A stretch of 57,049 nt of DNA, taken from positions 1-57,049 of IMG/VR virus record IMGVR_UViG_3300034120_001490; one strand, given 5' to 3'. Positions 54,747 through 57,049 of the stretch are shown in pieces (position 1 is the first letter of the stretch; each line of letters begins with the position of its first letter). The stretch comes from a virus (taxonomy: Duplodnaviria > Caudoviricetes). Below the pieces are notes generated by a model. It was not told the DNA's origin and did not search any database. It saw nothing but the letters and a program-made list of their open reading frames with translations. The translations under genes were made by a program, and so were the position numbers.

Positions 54747-54932
54747 ATGTACGAGATTATCGACAGGGAAGAAGATGTCGCCGGCAAGTGGCGCATCCGC
54801 GTGGCCATCAACGGCGCGACCGTGGCGTTTAAGTTTGCGTCAGACCCCACAGACGAGGAAGTGCAGGCCGAGGCTGCGCGTTACGACGCGATGATGCAGG
54901 AGCAGTCAGATGCCGCTCCCAACACGGACTGA
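54747..54932 (+). CDS. Small protein in the spike cassette
   Basis: ATG 54747: MYEIIDREED...; GC3 bias. Confidence 0.7.
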   Translation: MYEIIDREEDVAGKWRIRVAINGATVAFKFASDPTDEEVQAEAARYDAMMQEQSDAAPNTD

Positions 54933-55761
54933 TGTCCTCACCCTAGACTTTACCGGCTACGGGCAACCCGCTGCCTACATCGAAGCCAAGACGCTCAGCC
55001 CGTCTTCGGCAACGCTCGACTACACTCTGGCGGGGCAACCTGCTTTTGGCCTGTCCCCCGGCACGCCAACGCAGAACCTCTCACCTGCGCTCTTCACCAA
55101 CACGAACACGTTCTACACGGCCACGATCAGCCCCGCCAACCTCGCGCCTGCGCTATTCACCAATACGAACACGTTTTATGCAGCCACGATCAGCAGCGCG
55201 GTTACGCTGCTGCCTGCGCGCTTCGACAACATCAACACGTTCTACGCGGCGTCAATCAGCACGGGCGCGGTCAACCTCTCGCCTGCGCTCTTCACCAACA
55301 CCAACACATTCTACACGGCAACGCTCAACAGCACGTATGCACTGCTGCCGGCGCTGTACACCAACACGAACACGTTCTACGCGGCCACGATCACCGTCGG
55401 CCCGGCCAACCTCTCGCCGCAGCTCTACGTCAACGCGAACACGTTCTACGCGGCCGCCATTGTTCCGGGCGCGATCAACCTCTCTCCGGCCCTGTTCACC
55501 AACACGAATACGGTCTTCCCGCCTTCCGCCCGGTCGGTCAACCCGCTGCAGCCGCCGCTGCTGGTCAACCTCTCGATCTTCTACTCGGCGACGATCAGCG
55601 GCGGCAGCCCGGTGCCAATCCCGTTCAACCCATTCGACCGTCGCCAGAACATGATCGTTGAGGAGCTGCCGCGCCAGTCCATGACCGTGCAGGAGCTGCC
55701 GCGCCGGTCTATGATCGTGCAGGAACTGCCCCGAAAGAACATGGAGCCCAACGGCGTATAG
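54910..55761 (+). CDS. Repeat fibre protein (about 10 x L.P.L[FY].N.NTFY.A.I)
   Basis: Roughly 20-aa repeats; 30-bp tandem x3 at 55651-55740 (M.V.ELPR..). Confidence 0.8.
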   Translation: MPLPTRTDVLTLDFTGYGQPAAYIEAKTLSPSSATLDYTLAGQPAFGLSPGTPTQNLSPALFTNTNTFYTATISPANLAPALFTNTNTFYAATISSAVTLLPARFDNINTFYAASISTGAVNLSPALFTNTNTFYTATLNSTYALLPALYTNTNTFYAATITVGPANLSPQLYVNANTFYAAAIVPGAINLSPALFTNTNTVFPPSARSVNPLQPPLLVNLSIFYSATISGGSPVPIPFNPFDRRQNMIVEELPRQSMTVQELPRRSMIVQELPRKNMEPNGV

Positions 55762-55790
55762 TTTACACCAGCGCCTCTGTTTGGTATAAC
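55762..55790 (+). promoter_or_regulatory. Sigma70-like promoter
   Basis: TTTACA-17 nt-TATAAC. Confidence 0.6.
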
Positions 55791-55854
55791 CGAGAGGCCA
55801 GAGATGCTCGCCCCACGTGGCGAGCTGCTGCCCTGAACCAGCGAGCACCCTCTT

Positions 55855-56841
55855 ATGGCCTATTCCGGCACAGTATCGCAGACGACCTTCGACACGCGCC
55901 GCGTGATCGAGAACGCCACGCGTCGCTGCAAGCTGCCCGCGCAGTCCCTCACCGCCGAGCACGTGAGCATCGCGAACGACGTGCTGTACCTGCTGCTCTC
56001 GGATCTCGCCAACCAAGGCGTGCCGCTCTGGTGCGTGCAGGAGACGCTGTACCCGCTCTATGAGGGCGTGCCGATCATCGTCACCGAGAAGGGCACCGTT
56101 GACATTCTCAACACCAACCTGCGCTCGCTGCAGGAGGTGACTGGCACCAACATCGACACGTCCACGACCCGCATCACGCAGTTCACCAGCACCACGCCCG
56201 TCACGACCGTCGGCATCCGCTGGTCGGCACCGGCCGTGCCGATCGAGTTTTCGCGCTCCAATGACGGGGTGACGTGGACTATACTCCAAGCCGAAGTGCC
56301 CCAAGCGTCAGCCGGAGAGTGGACTTGGTACGATCTGTCCAGCGTAGTTGCAGCCACATACTTCCGCGTGCGGGCCACCAGCGGCACCCTCGGCTTCAGT
56401 CAGGTGTACCTCGGCAACACGCCGACGGAAATCCCGCTGGCCCGCCTGAACCGCGACGACTACACCAACCTGCCCAACAAGCAGTTCCAGAGCAATCGCC
56501 CGCTGCAGTATTGGCTCGATCGGCAATCCCTCTCCCCCGTGATGAACCTGTGGCCGGTGCCGAATATCGCCGCCACCGTCATGCAGGTCGTGGTCTGGTC
56601 GCACCGGCACATCATGGACGTTGGGACGATGACGCAGGAACTTGAGGTGCCGCAGCGCTGGTACGAGGCAATCGTATCCATGCTCGCCGCCAAACTGGCG
56701 ATGGAGTACGTCGAGGTCGATGCCAGCATGATCCCGCTGCTCGACCAGAAGGCGCAGCAGGCGCTCTACATCGCGCAGGCCGAGGAGCGCGACAACAGCC
56801 CGATGATGATCGCGCCCAACATCGCCGTGTACACGAGGTAA
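55855..56841 (+). CDS. Head-tail joining / tail tubular-like protein
   Basis: L.LL...L.N.G..LW, R..Y..LPNK....RP.QYW.DR....M.LWPVP, P.RW..A....LA. Confidence 0.75.
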   Translation: MAYSGTVSQTTFDTRRVIENATRRCKLPAQSLTAEHVSIANDVLYLLLSDLANQGVPLWCVQETLYPLYEGVPIIVTEKGTVDILNTNLRSLQEVTGTNIDTSTTRITQFTSTTPVTTVGIRWSAPAVPIEFSRSNDGVTWTILQAEVPQASAGEWTWYDLSSVVAATYFRVRATSGTLGFSQVYLGNTPTEIPLARLNRDDYTNLPNKQFQSNRPLQYWLDRQSLSPVMNLWPVPNIAATVMQVVVWSHRHIMDVGTMTQELEVPQRWYEAIVSMLAAKLAMEYVEVDASMIPLLDQKAQQALYIAQAEERDNSPMMIAPNIAVYTR

Positions 56842-56845
56842 GCGC

Positions 56846-57049
56846 ATGCCGATCTTCCTCGACACTCGTGGCAAGAGCACGCTGGCAATCGGCATCTGCG
56901 GACGCTGCAGCCGCAAGTTCTCCATGACCGAGCTCCTGCCGGATCCCAACTATCCGGGCCTGCTGGTGTGCGACGCTGATCGCGACGACTACGACCCGTA
57001 TCGCCTGCCGGCGCGGCAGCCGGAGAAGATCTCGCTACGCTTCGCGCGG
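56846..57049 (+). CDS. N-terminal part of the junction-spanning small CxxC protein (ends at 181)
   Basis: MPIFLDTRGKSTLAIGICGRCSRKF...; frame continues across the terminal overlap. Confidence 0.8.
   Translation, partial: MPIFLDTRGKSTLAIGICGRCSRKFSMTELLPDPNYPGLLVCDADRDDYDPYRLPARQPEKISLRFAR
56905..57049. repeat. Terminal direct repeat, right copy
   Basis: 145 bp matching 1-145 with one mismatch. Confidence 0.95.

Noticed and set aside
1-57049. Integrase/att sites, tRNA genes, protelomerase, tape-measure gene, alternative genetic code
   Set aside because: None recognised by eye, and standard-code ORFs tile the genome tightly; tRNAscan and HMM searches were not run.

Overview
The window is an essentially complete, circularly assembled tailed dsDNA phage genome of about 56.9 kb. 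Positions 1-145 recur at 56905-57049 with one synonymous mismatch, and one gene crosses the junction. It is GC-rich. I found no tape-measure gene or integrase, so it is probably podovirus-like, and a GapR/DUF2312 homologue points to an alphaproteobacterial host. The + strand arm (36698-57049, continuing 1-19133) carries terS, terL, portal, GroES, scaffold, major capsid, an HNH/EndoVII gene, fibre/spike genes, a lysis cassette (GH19 endolysin, overlapping spanins) and putative ejection proteins. The - strand arm (19096-35900) carries an SNF2 helicase, VRR-NUC, family A DNA polymerase, GapR, SSB, a Cas4-like nuclease, primase-helicase, a C5 methyltransferase, a Cro-like regulator and many small early genes. 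The most striking signal is a candidate phage riboregulatory circuit. Seven early genes share a 5' leader (ATCAGCAA(C/A)...GGAGA...ACCC..ATG), and six of them share a TTGCAA-N7-TTG promoter/operator. The polymerase 5' UTR (24168-24290) folds into two hairpins whose loops are antisense to that leader, while the stem hides the polymerase RBS. Other highlights are two tandem putative ejected effectors with a shared N-terminus (starting with the capsid's MRSTDF hexapeptide) and swapped C-termini (one ART-like), overprinted genes inside the polymerase and the methylase, and a TGCAGCA/palindrome array at the early/late divergence point. All family assignments are by-eye motif recognition; no searches were run.
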